A DNA stretch of 64,000 nt from an uncultured delta proteobacterium. GTDB lineage: Bacteria > Myxococcota > UBA727 > VGSZ01. This document shows, piece after piece, positions 41,500 through 51,631 of this stretch. The stretch is from the NCBI GenBank assembly GCA_963775425.1, contig CAVZJB010000011.1, positions 736,001-800,000 on the forward strand, given 5' to 3'. Position 1 is the stretch's first letter. Each line of letters begins with the position of its first letter. The position numbers and the translations under genes are program-made. Below the pieces are notes generated by a model that saw only the letters and a program-made list of their open reading frames with translations, did no database searches and had not been told where the DNA came from.

Positions 41500-43875
41500 A
41501 TGGTCGCGCAGCCGAAGGCGGAAAAGAGCACTGCTCTGGGGGCCCGGTTCCTCTCGTTCATCGTCGAGCAACACCCGTTCGCCTTGCCGGCGGCGCGGGC
41601 GGCGTGGGCGAAGCACGGCGCCGATCCCGAGCGCGTCGCCGAGCAGGTCGTCGACGAGCTGCCCATCCACACCGCCGATCTCCCGGAGAGCACGCCCTTC
41701 GTCACCGCGGCCGCGCGCGTGGAGCAGGAGCGCGCGCGCCTGCGCGCCGCCGTCACGGCGTTCTTCGCGCGGGCGTCCGTCGTCGACGGCATCACCGACG
41801 AGGAGAAGCGCTGGCTTTTGAAGGGGATCATCCTCACGCGCGCCGTCGACAACCGGATGAAGCAGCTCTTCCTGTCCTCGGAGATGCGCTACGGCGAGCT
41901 CGGCTTTCAGGGCAAGGGCTTCCGCTCCCTCGGGCAGGAGGCCATCTACGGCGCCGCCCTGCGCCTGCTGCGCGGCCGGCCCGACGGCGACGTGGCCGGG
42001 CCGCTCATCCGCGATCTCGGCGTCACCCTCGCCTTCACCGACGACGTCGAGATGGCGCTGAACGCCCAGGTCGGCAAGGCCGGCCCGCCCTCCGGCGGCA
42101 AGGACCTGCACCTCGGCGATCCCGATCGCGGCATCGCCATGGTCGCGGCGCCGCTGTCCATCGCCACCTGCACCGTGGTCGGCCACGCGCTGGCCTTTCA
42201 GCGCCGCGGGGAGCGCCGCGTGGCGCTGTCGTTCATCGGCGAGGGCGGCTCGTCGCTCGGCGAGTGGCATGAGGCGATCAACTTCGCGGCGGCGATGAAG
42301 CTGCCGTGCGTGTTCTGCGTCGAAAACAACCAGACGGCGCTGTCGACGCCGGTGGGCCAGCAGAGCCGCGTGCGCGTGTTCGCCGAGAAGGCCGCCGGCT
42401 ACGGCATCCCCCACGTCACGGTCGACGGCACCGATCCCGAGGCCATCGCCGCCGCCTTCGCGTGGGCCGCCGGCCGCGCCCGCGACGGCGAGGGCCCCGC
42501 GCTCATCGAGACCGTGGCCATGCGCATGTGCGGGCACGCGCACCACGACGACATGCTCTACCTGGGCGCCGATCCGCCGCTCGGCTTCACCGTTCCGCCG
42601 CCGCCCGAGCGCGGCTACGCCGATCGGGTCGCGTACGCGCGCTGGCTCGGCCGCGACCCGCTGGCGACCTACGCGGGGAAGCTCATCGACGCCGGCGTCG
42701 TCGACGCGCGCGCGGTGTCGACGTGGCAGGAGGAGGCCGTCGCCCGCGTCGAGGAGGCGGTGGCCCGCGTCAAGGCGCGCCCCTGGCCGGACCCGGCGGA
42801 GGTGACGCGCGGCGTGTACGCCTCGGCGAGCGAGAGCGCCGCGCCCACGCCGGGCGAGGGCGCCCTGCGCGCGCTCGAGGAAGCGCCGCCCTTCGACGCG
42901 AAGGGGTCCACGTACCTCGACGCCGTCGGCAAGGGCCTCGGCGACGTGCTCGCGCAGATCCCCGAGGCGTTCCTCCTCGGCGAGGACGTGGGGCCGCCCT
43001 ACGGAAACGCGTTCCTCCTGTTGAAGCCCCTCGTGGACGCGTACCCGGACCGGCTCGTGAACACGCCGCTCGCCGAGGGCGCCATCATCGGCGCCTGCGT
43101 CGGCAGCGCTGTCGCCGGCATGAGGCCCATCGGGGAGATCCAGTTCAACGACTTCGTCGCCAGCGGCTTCAACCAGGTCGTCAACAACGCGGCCAAGCTC
43201 CATTACCGCGCGGGCACCAAGGTCCCGATGACGTTGCGCATGCCGTGGGGCGGGCTGCGGCGCGCGGGGCCGTACCACTCGCAGGACACGGCGCCGTGGT
43301 TCTACCGGACCCCAGGGCTCAAGATCGTGGCGCCGTCGACGCCGCACGACGCCCGCGCGCTGATCATGAGCGCGGTGAAGGACGACGACCCCGTCCTCTA
43401 CTACGAGCACATCGCGCTGTATCGCGATCCGAAGATCAAACAGCGCGTCGACGTCGTCACGCCCGTGCCGCTCGGCAAGGCCGCCTTCCGCCGGCTGGGC
43501 GACGACCTCTCGCTCATCGCGTACGGCGCCTACGTCCACAAGGCGTGCGCCGCCGCCGACGCGCTCGCCGCCGAGGGCTTCTCCTGCGACGTGCTCGACC
43601 TGCGCTCGCTCAAGCCCCTCGACTGGGCGCGGATCGAGGCCACGGCCAAGCACACCGGCAAGGTGCTCCTCGTCGGCGAGGACGCGCGCACGGGCTCCAT
43701 CCTCGAGTCCATCGCGGCGCGCATCGGCGAGGAGCTGTTCACCTGGCTCGACGGACCGGTGCGGGTGCTCGGCTCGCTCGACACGCCTGTCCCGTATTCC
43801 CCTTCGCTCGAGGACGCGTATCTGCTGTCCCCAGAGCGCATCCTCGAAGAAGCGCGCGCCCTCGCCCGCTGGTGA
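41500..43875 (+). CDS. 2-oxoacid dehydrogenase E1, fused alpha and beta subunits
   Basis: GQEA, TPP motif GEGGSSLGEWHEAINFA...ENN, GHAHHDD, GEDVG, NTPLAE, EIQFNDF, HSQ, DLRSLKPLD. Confidence 0.92.
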   Translation: MVAQPKAEKSTALGARFLSFIVEQHPFALPAARAAWAKHGADPERVAEQVVDELPIHTADLPESTPFVTAAARVEQERARLRAAVTAFFARASVVDGITDEEKRWLLKGIILTRAVDNRMKQLFLSSEMRYGELGFQGKGFRSLGQEAIYGAALRLLRGRPDGDVAGPLIRDLGVTLAFTDDVEMALNAQVGKAGPPSGGKDLHLGDPDRGIAMVAAPLSIATCTVVGHALAFQRRGERRVALSFIGEGGSSLGEWHEAINFAAAMKLPCVFCVENNQTALSTPVGQQSRVRVFAEKAAGYGIPHVTVDGTDPEAIAAAFAWAAGRARDGEGPALIETVAMRMCGHAHHDDMLYLGADPPLGFTVPPPPERGYADRVAYARWLGRDPLATYAGKLIDAGVVDARAVSTWQEEAVARVEEAVARVKARPWPDPAEVTRGVYASASESAAPTPGEGALRALEEAPPFDAKGSTYLDAVGKGLGDVLAQIPEAFLLGEDVGPPYGNAFLLLKPLVDAYPDRLVNTPLAEGAIIGACVGSAVAGMRPIGEIQFNDFVASGFNQVVNNAAKLHYRAGTKVPMTLRMPWGGLRRAGPYHSQDTAPWFYRTPGLKIVAPSTPHDARALIMSAVKDDDPVLYYEHIALYRDPKIKQRVDVVTPVPLGKAAFRRLGDDLSLIAYGAYVHKACAAADALAAEGFSCDVLDLRSLKPLDWARIEATAKHTGKVLLVGEDARTGSILESIAARIGEELFTWLDGPVRVLGSLDTPVPYSPSLEDAYLLSPERILEEARALARW

Positions 43876-43882
43876 ACAAGAC

Positions 43883-44269
43883 ATGCACGTCGCCACCGCC
43901 CTCGCCGCCGTCGTCATCGTGTGCCGCGACCTCCAAAAGAGCGTCACCTTCTACAAGGCCCTCGGCGTCGACGTGCGGGAGACCAAGCAAGGCGGGCGCG
44001 TGAGCTTCACCTGCGCCCTCGGCGGCGTGCACTTCGCCCTGCGCCCGCCCGACGGCGTCGAGCGCGGGTCACAGAGCGGTCAGCAGCTCGGCTTCATGAT
44101 CGCCAACCTCGACGGGGCGCTCGAAGCGCTGGCGGCGGCCGGCGGCACCATTCTCGAGAAGCCCACGCCCAAGCCCTGGGGCGTCACCGCGCTCGTCGAA
44201 GACCCCGACGGCCGCAAGGTCGAGCTCGTCTCCACCCGCGTCGAGCTCACGGGCCCGATGCCGTTTTAA
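43883..44269 (+). CDS. VOC/glyoxalase-family protein
   Basis: DLQKSVTFY...PWG...EDPDGRKVEL. Confidence 0.85.
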   Translation: MHVATALAAVVIVCRDLQKSVTFYKALGVDVRETKQGGRVSFTCALGGVHFALRPPDGVERGSQSGQQLGFMIANLDGALEALAAAGGTILEKPTPKPWGVTALVEDPDGRKVELVSTRVELTGPMPF

Positions 44270-44415
44270 CGCGCTGACGCGCGTGGAGCAGCCGCGCGCT
44301 CCGCGCGCCCGGAGCGCGGTGAAATCGCGCGCGGGGTCGGCGGCCGGCGTGCTCTGACGCACCGCGTGAGCCGGGTCAACGGCAGATCGAATTCGAGCCA
44401 CTACGGTCCGCGCCC

Positions 44416-46472
44416 ATGGATTCCCACAGCGACGCCACTCCTCCGACTCTTGCCATGCGCACCCGGGTCCGCGGTTGGACCGTCTGGGAGCCCCTCGAGG
44501 GCGAAGGAGGGATGCACGAGGTGCTCGCGGCCGACGCCGCCGGCGCCTGCGTGGTGCTCCGCGTCCCCCCGATCGCGAGACCGCCGACCGCATGCGCGCC
44601 GAGGCCGAGCTCGCGCAGCAGCACCCGCACAAGGGGATCGTGCAGAGCGTAGGCGTCGTCGAGCACGAGCGCTGGCCGGTGCAGGTCATCGAGCACGTCG
44701 ACGGCCTGCGCCTCGACACCATCCTCCTCATCAACGGCGCGATGAGCACCGAGGGCGCGTGCCGCGTGGGCTGGCAGACGGCCATCGCGCTCGCGGAGCT
44801 GCACCACCGCCAACCCGTCGGGTTTCACGGGGCGCTCGCGCCCGACCGCGTCGTCGTCGACGTCGAGGGCAACGCCCGCCTGCGCGACGTGGGCCGGCTG
44901 TTGAACGCGCAGGCGCCCTCGCGGCTGTCGCCCGAGCGGCGCGCGTGTGAAGGCGGCCCCACCGAGGCCGACGACATCTACGCGCTCGGGCTGCTCGTCG
45001 CGGAGGCGGCGCTGGGCCAGCCGCTCGAGCTCGACGGCGGCTTCCTCGACGTGAAGGTCATCGAGGGCCTGCTGCCGGAGCGCCTCGTCGACGCGCTCGC
45101 GGCGCTCCTCGCCCCGGCCGAGACGCGCATCAAGAACGCTGCGGCCGCGGCGCGCATCTTCCTCGAGGCGGAGTACTCCTTCGGCGACGGCTCGCAGGCC
45201 CTGCGCTCCGCCCTCGAGCGCGCGCGCTTCGGCCTGTCCGCGGACGCGGAGACGGCCGACGGCTTCGACGTCCACGGCCCGGTCACGACGCCCGACGGCG
45301 TGCTCGCGCTGCACCCCGCCGACCTCGATCTCGAGGTCACCGCGCCCGGCCTGAAGGTGCCCGGCCCCGCCGCTCCGTCCGCGAAGAAGAGCGGCGCCGG
45401 CCTCGTCGTCGGCCTCTTCGCCCTGGGGCTCTTCGGCCTGGCGCTCCCGGCCGCCGTCGCCGCCGCCGTCGTCGTGGCCAAGGTCGCGCCCGGGCGCTTC
45501 GCCCTCCACATGCCGTCGCTGACGTCGCTGGCGTCGCCTTCGCCGGCGGGGGCGCCGCCGACGGAGTCGCCGCCGTCGACGGCGCTGCCCTCGACCGCGC
45601 TGCCCTCGACGTCGCTGCCCTCGACGTCGCTGCCCTCGGCGTCGCTGCCGCCGACGCACATGCCCTCGCTGCCGTCGGCGCACATGCCCTCGCTGTCGTC
45701 GGTGCACATGCCGTCGCTGCCGTCGGTGCACATGCCCTCGCTGCCGTCGCTGCCCTCGGTGCACATGCCCTCGCTGCCGTCGCTGCCCTCGGTGCACATG
45801 CCCTCGCTGCCGTCGCTGCCCTCGGTGCACATGCCCTCCCTGCACATGCCCGATCTGCACCTGCCGTCCTTCTCGCTGCCGTCGTTCTCGCTGCCGTCGT
45901 TCTCGCTGCCGTCCCTGGCGTCGATCGAGTCGCGCGTGCGCGGCGCGCCCGGCGCGGAGGCCGACGCCATGGGCGGTGACGGCGTGAAGCTCGCGCTCGC
46001 CGACGTCGCGGACACCAAGGTCGTCAGCGACGCGGCGCCGTCGCTGCTCGGCACCGACGCGCCCGCGTTCGTCACCACGACGAGCGCCAAGGCCGAAGCC
46101 CCCGCGCACCCCGCCCACGCGCACCCGCGCTCCGACGCGCACGCGCGCGCCGACGTCCACCCCGCGCACGTCGCCGCCCGCCCCGCGCATGTCGCCGCAC
46201 ACCCGCGCGCCGACGTCGCCGCGCCGCACCCCGCGGCGCACCCGGTCAAGCTCGTCATCAACGTCGACGACGGCACGCGGCTGCGCGTCCAGAAGAAGCT
46301 CGCCGCGTGCGGCGTGACGGCCTCCACCGTCGGCGTCATCCACGTCGTGGTCCCCGCCGGCGCCGTGCGCGCCCACAGCGACCCGCACAACGGCTGCGTC
46401 GACCGCGTCCTCACGCGCGCGCTCTACGGCGCCATCGCCAACGACGACGAGCCCTTCGAGATCGTGCCCTGA
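44416..46472 (+). CDS. Membrane pseudokinase with extracellular HMP/SLP repeats; frameshift in a C6 tract at 44565-44570
   Basis: N-lobe (WTVWEPLEGEGGMHEV...VVLRV) lies in ORF 44416-44652; the remainder (DRMRAEAE...HPHKGIV...EHVDG, FHGALAPDRV, DDIYALG) lies in ORF 44475-46472. One extra C joins them. TACGGT-N8-ATG precedes 44416. Confidence 0.7.
45570..45915 (+). repeat. Coding tandem repeats (SLPST, SLPSVHMP, SLPSF)
   Basis: 33-bp unit ccctcgctgccgtcgctgccctcggtgcacatg three times, plus 15- and 24-bp variants. Confidence 0.9.
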
Positions 46473-46503
46473 CCCGCGCCGCGGACGAGCCGCCACCGCA
46501 GAT

Positions 46504-47163
46504 TCAGAAGCGCTCGAGGGTGGCGGCGGTGACGTGGCCCTCCAGGTCGACGTCGTAGCCGTGCATCTCGCCACGGGCGAGGTCGACCACGGCGAAGCCG
46601 GGCTCGTCGCGACGCGACAACGTCCCCGGGTTGAGGAACGTCAGCGATCCCGCGCGGCGCCCCGTGAGCACCCGCGCGAAGCGCTCGTGGCTATGGCCGC
46701 CGACCACCACGGACCACGCGCCCGCCTGGATGAGCGCCTCCATCTCGTCGCACGCGGAGACGTCGCTGTCGGCGCGGAAGCGCACCATGTCGTTGTCGCC
46801 GACGCCGTGGCACAGCAGCAGCGACCCGCGCGCCGACTCCAGCGTGCGCACCGCGGGCAGGGCCGCGAGCCACGCGAAGCTCTGCTCGGACAGCTCGTGC
46901 CTGCGCGTCCAGCCGAGGCGCGCGCGCTCGGCGTCTCGCAGGACGGCGCCGTTCACCAGCCAGCAATCGTGGTTGCCGCGTACGCAGACGACGTCGTTGT
47001 CCTCGAGCAGGCGCACGGTGCGCTCGGGGTCGCCGGGGCCGTCGACGATGTCGCCGACGCACAGCAGCGCGTCGACGCGCTCTCCGCGCAGGAAGCCGAG
47101 CACCGTTTCGAGCCGTTCGTCCTCGACGTGGACGTCACCGAGAGCCGCGAACCGTGAGAGCAC
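46504..47163 (-). CDS. Calcineurin-like metallophosphoesterase
   Basis: GDVH, GDIVD, GNHD, HG, GHSH, NPG; TAGGAT-N6-GTG. Confidence 0.9.
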   Translation of the reverse strand: MLSRFAALGDVHVEDERLETVLGFLRGERVDALLCVGDIVDGPGDPERTVRLLEDNDVVCVRGNHDCWLVNGAVLRDAERARLGWTRRHELSEQSFAWLAALPAVRTLESARGSLLLCHGVGDNDMVRFRADSDVSACDEMEALIQAGAWSVVVGGHSHERFARVLTGRRAGSLTFLNPGTLSRRDEPGFAVVDLARGEMHGYDVDLEGHVTAATLERF

Positions 47164-47221
47164 GCGGGCATCCTACGTCATCGCCGCCGCCGCGCGGACG
47201 GCGCCGCCGTCACAGCCGCCG

Positions 47222-47620
47222 TCACAGCCGTTGTCGGTCGCGGTGATCGAGCGCGGCGAGGTGCGGCCGCGCCGCGGCCACGATGCTCCTGCCGGCGCCG
47301 AGCGCCGCCGTCGCTTCGTCGGGCCAGCGCCGCGCGAGCGCCGCCAGGTCGCGCAGCAGGCCCGCCACGATGTCGCGGTCGCGGCCCGTGAGCCGACGCG
47401 CGAGGAGGCTCATGACGTCGAGCTCGCGGGCAAAGGGGAACGCCCTCGCGGTCCAGTCGACGCACGCCTCGTGCGCCGCCTCGGGATAGCGCACGATCCA
47501 GCAGCGGCCGTCGAGCACCCCGCCGCAACGCACACAGCAGCGCCGGACGCCCACCGCCGACGCCACGACGAGCGAGGCGCCGTCGACGGCGCGGGCCGCC
47601 GGGGGAGGGGGCGTGGGCAC
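47222..47620 (-). CDS. Small hypothetical protein with a CxxC...HxxC motif
   Basis: CVRCGG...AHEACVDW; fills the gap between genes; TAGAAG-N6-GTG upstream. Confidence 0.55.
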   Translation of the reverse strand: MPTPPPPAARAVDGASLVVASAVGVRRCCVRCGGVLDGRCWIVRYPEAAHEACVDWTARAFPFARELDVMSLLARRLTGRDRDIVAGLLRDLAALARRWPDEATAALGAGRSIVAAARPHLAALDHRDRQRL

Positions 47621-47786
47621 CGAGCTCTTCTACCGCTCGCGGCGCGCGCGCCTCGGCGGGTCTCACGTTGAGGCAACGCGCCCGTCGACCGAGCGTCGGT
47701 GCGCACGCCGCGCGACGCGCCGTCGCATGCGACCGCACCGTCGGCGGCGGCGTGGATCTTGTGGGGACCCAGGGTGGAGGTTTCCG

Positions 47787-48458
47787 ATGAAAGCGCTCCC
47801 CCTGTTGGTCCTCGCCCTCGCCCTCGCCGCCGCCGGCTGCGGCGTCGACACCCACTTCCATGTCGCCCAGGAGGGCGAGGTGAACCTGCGCCTCGGACCG
47901 GTCGGCCCGTCGTGCAGCCTCGCCAGCGTCGCCACCGGCGTCCCGTACAGCGACGGCTCCGTCGTCACGTTCATCCACCACGTCTCCGCGGGCGTCTGCA
48001 TCATCAGCGCGACGTGGACGGGGCCGGTCATGGACACCGCGGCGATCGCCGCCGAGGCCCTGGGCGAGATCCACGGCGCCACGATCGCCGACACGCGGAT
48101 CACCGGGCTCAAGTACACGTTGCGCAGCGAGCGCCTGCGCGATCTCGGCAACGACAACGAGCTCATCGACGTGCCCGGCAACGCCGTCCGCGAGATCCAC
48201 GCCGTCGTCCGCGTCGACAACGACCGGGCCATGGCCGCCGACTACGGCGGCGCCGGCGACCCCGAGCACCCCGACGAATTCGCCGCGGCCGCCGACGCCC
48301 TCGTCGCCCACGCCAACGACGCCTGGCCGACCGGGCAGGACCTCATCGGCGACGGCGACGCGGAGCTGCAGATCGACATCGACGGCATCGACGCGCTGGT
48401 GCTCGCCGACAATCCCGCCTTCGTCCTCCGCTACAAGATCGAGGTCGACGGCGAGTGA
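47787..48458 (+). CDS. Hypothetical lipoprotein
   Basis: GGAGG RBS; MKALPLLVLALALAAAGC lipobox. Confidence 0.8.
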   Translation: MKALPLLVLALALAAAGCGVDTHFHVAQEGEVNLRLGPVGPSCSLASVATGVPYSDGSVVTFIHHVSAGVCIISATWTGPVMDTAAIAAEALGEIHGATIADTRITGLKYTLRSERLRDLGNDNELIDVPGNAVREIHAVVRVDNDRAMAADYGGAGDPEHPDEFAAAADALVAHANDAWPTGQDLIGDGDAELQIDIDGIDALVLADNPAFVLRYKIEVDGE

Positions 48459-48461
48459 GCG

Positions 48462-49019
48462 TCAACGCAGGGCGTAGTGGCGCGCGAGCCGCGCCGGCAA
48501 CGCGCCGTCGCCGTCTTCGACGAGCCACGGCATGGCGAGCTTGCGCGGGACGCGCACGAGGCCCGGGCGCTCGAACGTGCCGAAGACGATGTCCCACACC
48601 GGGCTCGTCACGCCGTGGTTGGCGCGCGGGTTCTCGAAGTGGTGGTGGAAGTGGTGCCGGCGCAGGTACCGCCCGTAGGGGGTGAAGCCGGGGTGCGCAT
48701 GGGCGAGCCAATGAAACGCCTCGTACGCCGCGTACATCGCGGCGAACGACACGCCGAACACCGCGCCGCGCACGCTCCCCACCACGAGCGCGGCGGCGGC
48801 GGCGGCGAGGGGGATGACGGCGAGCGCCACGAGCACCTTCTTCCACATGGGCGCGAAGTAGCCGCCTTCGGCGTGGTGGCGCGTGTGCTCGGCGGCGAAG
48901 GCGTTCGGGCGCGTGCGTGGATCGTGACCGAGCACGCGGTGCAGGCCGTACTCCGCGAGCGTCCAGCAGACGACGCCTGCGAGCGCGCACGCGATCAGGT
49001 CCCACGGCATCAGGTCCAT
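48462..49019 (-). CDS. Fatty acid hydroxylase / sterol desaturase-family protein
   Basis: His boxes EYGLHRVLGH, EHTRHH, EAFHWLAH, RHHFHHH; GVTSPVWDIVFGT. Confidence 0.9.
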   Translation of the reverse strand: MDLMPWDLIACALAGVVCWTLAEYGLHRVLGHDPRTRPNAFAAEHTRHHAEGGYFAPMWKKVLVALAVIPLAAAAAALVVGSVRGAVFGVSFAAMYAAYEAFHWLAHAHPGFTPYGRYLRRHHFHHHFENPRANHGVTSPVWDIVFGTFERPGLVRVPRKLAMPWLVEDGDGALPARLARHYALR

Positions 49020-50740
49020 CGCGCGCCCTCCGCGGCGCGCTGCGGCCCGCGCACCAGCCGGCCGGGCAGCGCGCCGGTGAACGCGTCGTCCTCGACGATG
49101 ACGGCGCCGGACGCGACGGTGGCGGCGTAGCCGCGCGCGCGCTGGAGCAGCCGCCGTCCGCCCGCGGGCAGATCGTCGACGACGCGCGCGCTCTCGAGGT
49201 GGAGCTTGTCGAAGTCGATGACGTTGAGGTCCGCCTTCATCCCCGGGGCGACCACCCCGCGATCCTCGAGGCCGAACAACGCTGCGGTGTCGCGGGTCTG
49301 CCGCTTGACGATGTATTCGAGCGGGAGCCGCTCGCCGCGGCGGCGGTCGCGCGCCCAGTGGACGAGCATGAACGTGGGCATGCCGCCGTCGCAGATGGCG
49401 CCGCAGTGGGCGCCGGCGTCGGACAGCCCGAGCACCGTGCGCGGGTGGCGATGCAGCGCGCGCAGCGGCTCGAGGTCGCCGCCTGCGTAGTTGAACAGCG
49501 GCAGGTAGAGGAGCTTCTCGTCGAGGAGCGCGTCGAGCGCGAGCGCCCGCGGCGACGTGCCGGACGCGGCGGCGAGCGCGGCCAGGCTCTTTTCGGGCGC
49601 GGGCTCGTAGTCGAAGCCCTCGTCCATCAGGAAGATCTTGTCGAAGCGCGTGGTGACGAGCGCGGCGAGCGCCGCCTGCGGTCCCTCGAGGGCGAGCGGC
49701 TCCTCCTCGAGCAGGCGGCGGCGCCGCTCGGGATCGCGCAGCAGCGCGCGACGCTCTTGCCAGGGCTCGGAGACCACCTCGAGGTACGCGGGCGTGAGCA
49801 GGAAGGGGTGCGCGGTGGCCTGCATGGACATCGAGATGCCGATGGCGCGGCCGGCGACCTGCGCGAACAGCGGATCGCCCGCGCGCGCCGCGTCGTCGAG
49901 GATCTCCACGCCGCGGCGCCAAAGCTCCGGCGCGTCGTCGATCTGGCTGAGGTTGAACGTCACGGGACGGCGGGTGCGCGCCGCGAGCGCGCGCATCCAC
50001 GACAGCTCCGCGGGGACGTCCTTGTGCTCGAGCGCGGCCTGGAACACGCCGCGCCCGGTGTCGGCGAGGGCGTCGGCGATGCCGAAGAGCTCGTCTTCGG
50101 CGGCGGTGGTCCCGGGGACCAGCTCGCCGTCGATGGCGCGGTGCAGGGACGTCCTCGACGTCGAAAAGCCCAGCGCTCCCGCCACGAGCGCTTCGCGGAC
50201 GAGCTCGCGCATGCGCGCGATGTCCTCGGGCGTCGCCTGCGCGTTCTTGGCGCCACGCTCGCCCATGACGTAGGCCCGCAGCGGGCCGTGGGCGATCTGC
50301 GCGCCGACGTCGATGGCGCGGGGCATGGCCTCGAGCGCGTCGAGGTACGCGGGGAAGCCCTCCCATGCCCAGCGGATGCCCTCGACGAGCGCGCTGCCCG
50401 GGATGTCCTCGACGCCCTCCATGAGCCCGATGAGCCACTCGTGGCGGTCGGGGGAGGCGGGGGCGAAGCCGACGCCGCAGCTCCCCATGACGACGGTGGT
50501 GCAGCCGTGGAAGCCCGACGGCGTCAGGTACGGATCCCACGTCGCCTGCGCGTCGTAGTGCGTGTGGATGTCGACGAAGCCGGGGGTCACCACCTTGCCG
50601 CGTGCGTCAATCTCGCGGCGCGCGTCGCCGACGGCGCCGACCGCGCTGATGCGCTCGCCGTCGACGGCGACGTCGGCCTCGCGGGGCGCGCTGCCCGTGC
50701 CGTCGACGAGGGTCCCACCGCGAATGATCAGATCGTGCAT
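49010..50740 (-). CDS. Amidohydrolase (N-acyl-D-amino-acid deacylase family)
   Basis: [40 protein letters not shown]; GGAGG RBS. Confidence 0.9.
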   Translation of the reverse strand: MHDLIIRGGTLVDGTGSAPREADVAVDGERISAVGAVGDARREIDARGKVVTPGFVDIHTHYDAQATWDPYLTPSGFHGCTTVVMGSCGVGFAPASPDRHEWLIGLMEGVEDIPGSALVEGIRWAWEGFPAYLDALEAMPRAIDVGAQIAHGPLRAYVMGERGAKNAQATPEDIARMRELVREALVAGALGFSTSRTSLHRAIDGELVPGTTAAEDELFGIADALADTGRGVFQAALEHKDVPAELSWMRALAARTRRPVTFNLSQIDDAPELWRRGVEILDDAARAGDPLFAQVAGRAIGISMSMQATAHPFLLTPAYLEVVSEPWQERRALLRDPERRRRLLEEEPLALEGPQAALAALVTTRFDKIFLMDEGFDYEPAPEKSLAALAAASGTSPRALALDALLDEKLLYLPLFNYAGGDLEPLRALHRHPRTVLGLSDAGAHCGAICDGGMPTFMLVHWARDRRRGERLPLEYIVKRQTRDTAALFGLEDRGVVAPGMKADLNVIDFDKLHLESARVVDDLPAGGRRLLQRARGYAATVASGAVIVEDDAFTGALPGRLVRGPQRAAEGARWT

Positions 50741-50752
50741 GCCGCCTCCGTG

Positions 50753-50771
50753 AAGTGTGAACATCGTTCAC
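50753..50771. promoter_or_regulatory. Putative TetR operator 1
   Basis: Palindrome GTGAAC-ATC-GTTCAC (50757-50771); near-identical to the reverse complement of operator 2. Confidence 0.7.
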
Positions 50772-50798
50772 GGTTTGATCGGATCGCGCAAGCGACGT

Positions 50799-50833
50799 TT
50801 GACACGAAAGTGAACGACGTTCACACTTTGCCC
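50799..50833 (+). promoter_or_regulatory. Sigma70-type leaderless tetR promoter containing operator 2
   Basis: TTGACA(50799)-17 nt-CACACT(50822)-6 nt-GTG(50834); palindrome GTGAAC-GAC-GTTCAC at 50810-50824. Confidence 0.7.
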
Positions 50834-51547
50834 GTGCCCCCGCGCCGCCGGCTCCCCACAAGCGGGCCCGCCGCCCGCCCGTCGCCCACCCCGGGCAAGC
50901 GGGCGCTGCGGCGCGTCGAGCGGACGGACGCGTTCCTCGACGCCGCGCTGCGGATCGTGGGGGAGGAGGGCGTCGAGGGGCTGACCATCGCGGCGCTGGC
51001 GGCGGAGGTCGGCGCGGCGGTGGGCGCGCTGTACCGCTACTTCCCCGGCAAGGACGACCTGCTGGCGGCGCTGCAGGAGCGGGCGCTCGACGCGCTCGCC
51101 GGCGAGCTGAGCGCGGTGGCGGTGCGCCCGCCGCTGGCGCGGATCGTCGCCGTGGCGGCGGAGGTGGCGACGCTCGCCGAGCGCGACGCGCGCCGCCACC
51201 GGCTGCTCGACGAGCTGCTGTCGGCGCCCGCGCCGGTCTACAGCGAGGCGCGCGCCCGCGCGCTGGAGGAGCACCTCGCGCGGGTGCTCGCGGTGGTGGA
51301 GGAGGCGTTCGCGGCGGCGGCCGGCGCCGGCGCCTTGAGCCCGGGCGACGCCGCCCTGCGCACCCGGGTCCTGTGGTCCGCCATCCACGGCGCCGGACAC
51401 CTGCGCAAGCGCGATCGCCTCGAGCCGCCGCCGCTGCGCCACCGCCGCGTGGAGGCCGCGGCCGTGGAGGCGTTGCTCGTCGGCTTCGGCGCGCGGCCGG
51501 CGTCGGCGCACGCGGCGCTGCGCGGCTGGCCCCGCGCCCCTCGCTAG
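50834..51547 (+). CDS. TetR/AcrR-family regulator
   Basis: FLDAALRIVGEEGVEGLTIAALAAEVGAAVGALYRYFPGKDDL. Confidence 0.9.
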   Translation: MPPRRRLPTSGPAARPSPTPGKRALRRVERTDAFLDAALRIVGEEGVEGLTIAALAAEVGAAVGALYRYFPGKDDLLAALQERALDALAGELSAVAVRPPLARIVAVAAEVATLAERDARRHRLLDELLSAPAPVYSEARARALEEHLARVLAVVEEAFAAAAGAGALSPGDAALRTRVLWSAIHGAGHLRKRDRLEPPPLRHRRVEAAAVEALLVGFGARPASAHAALRGWPRAPR

Positions 51548-51631
51548 CCGTGGACCCGGGTCCGCGCCTCGGCACGACGGTGCAACAACGGTGGCAGCGC
51601 GCGTTTTGCCCCGGCTCGCTATGATCCGGTC

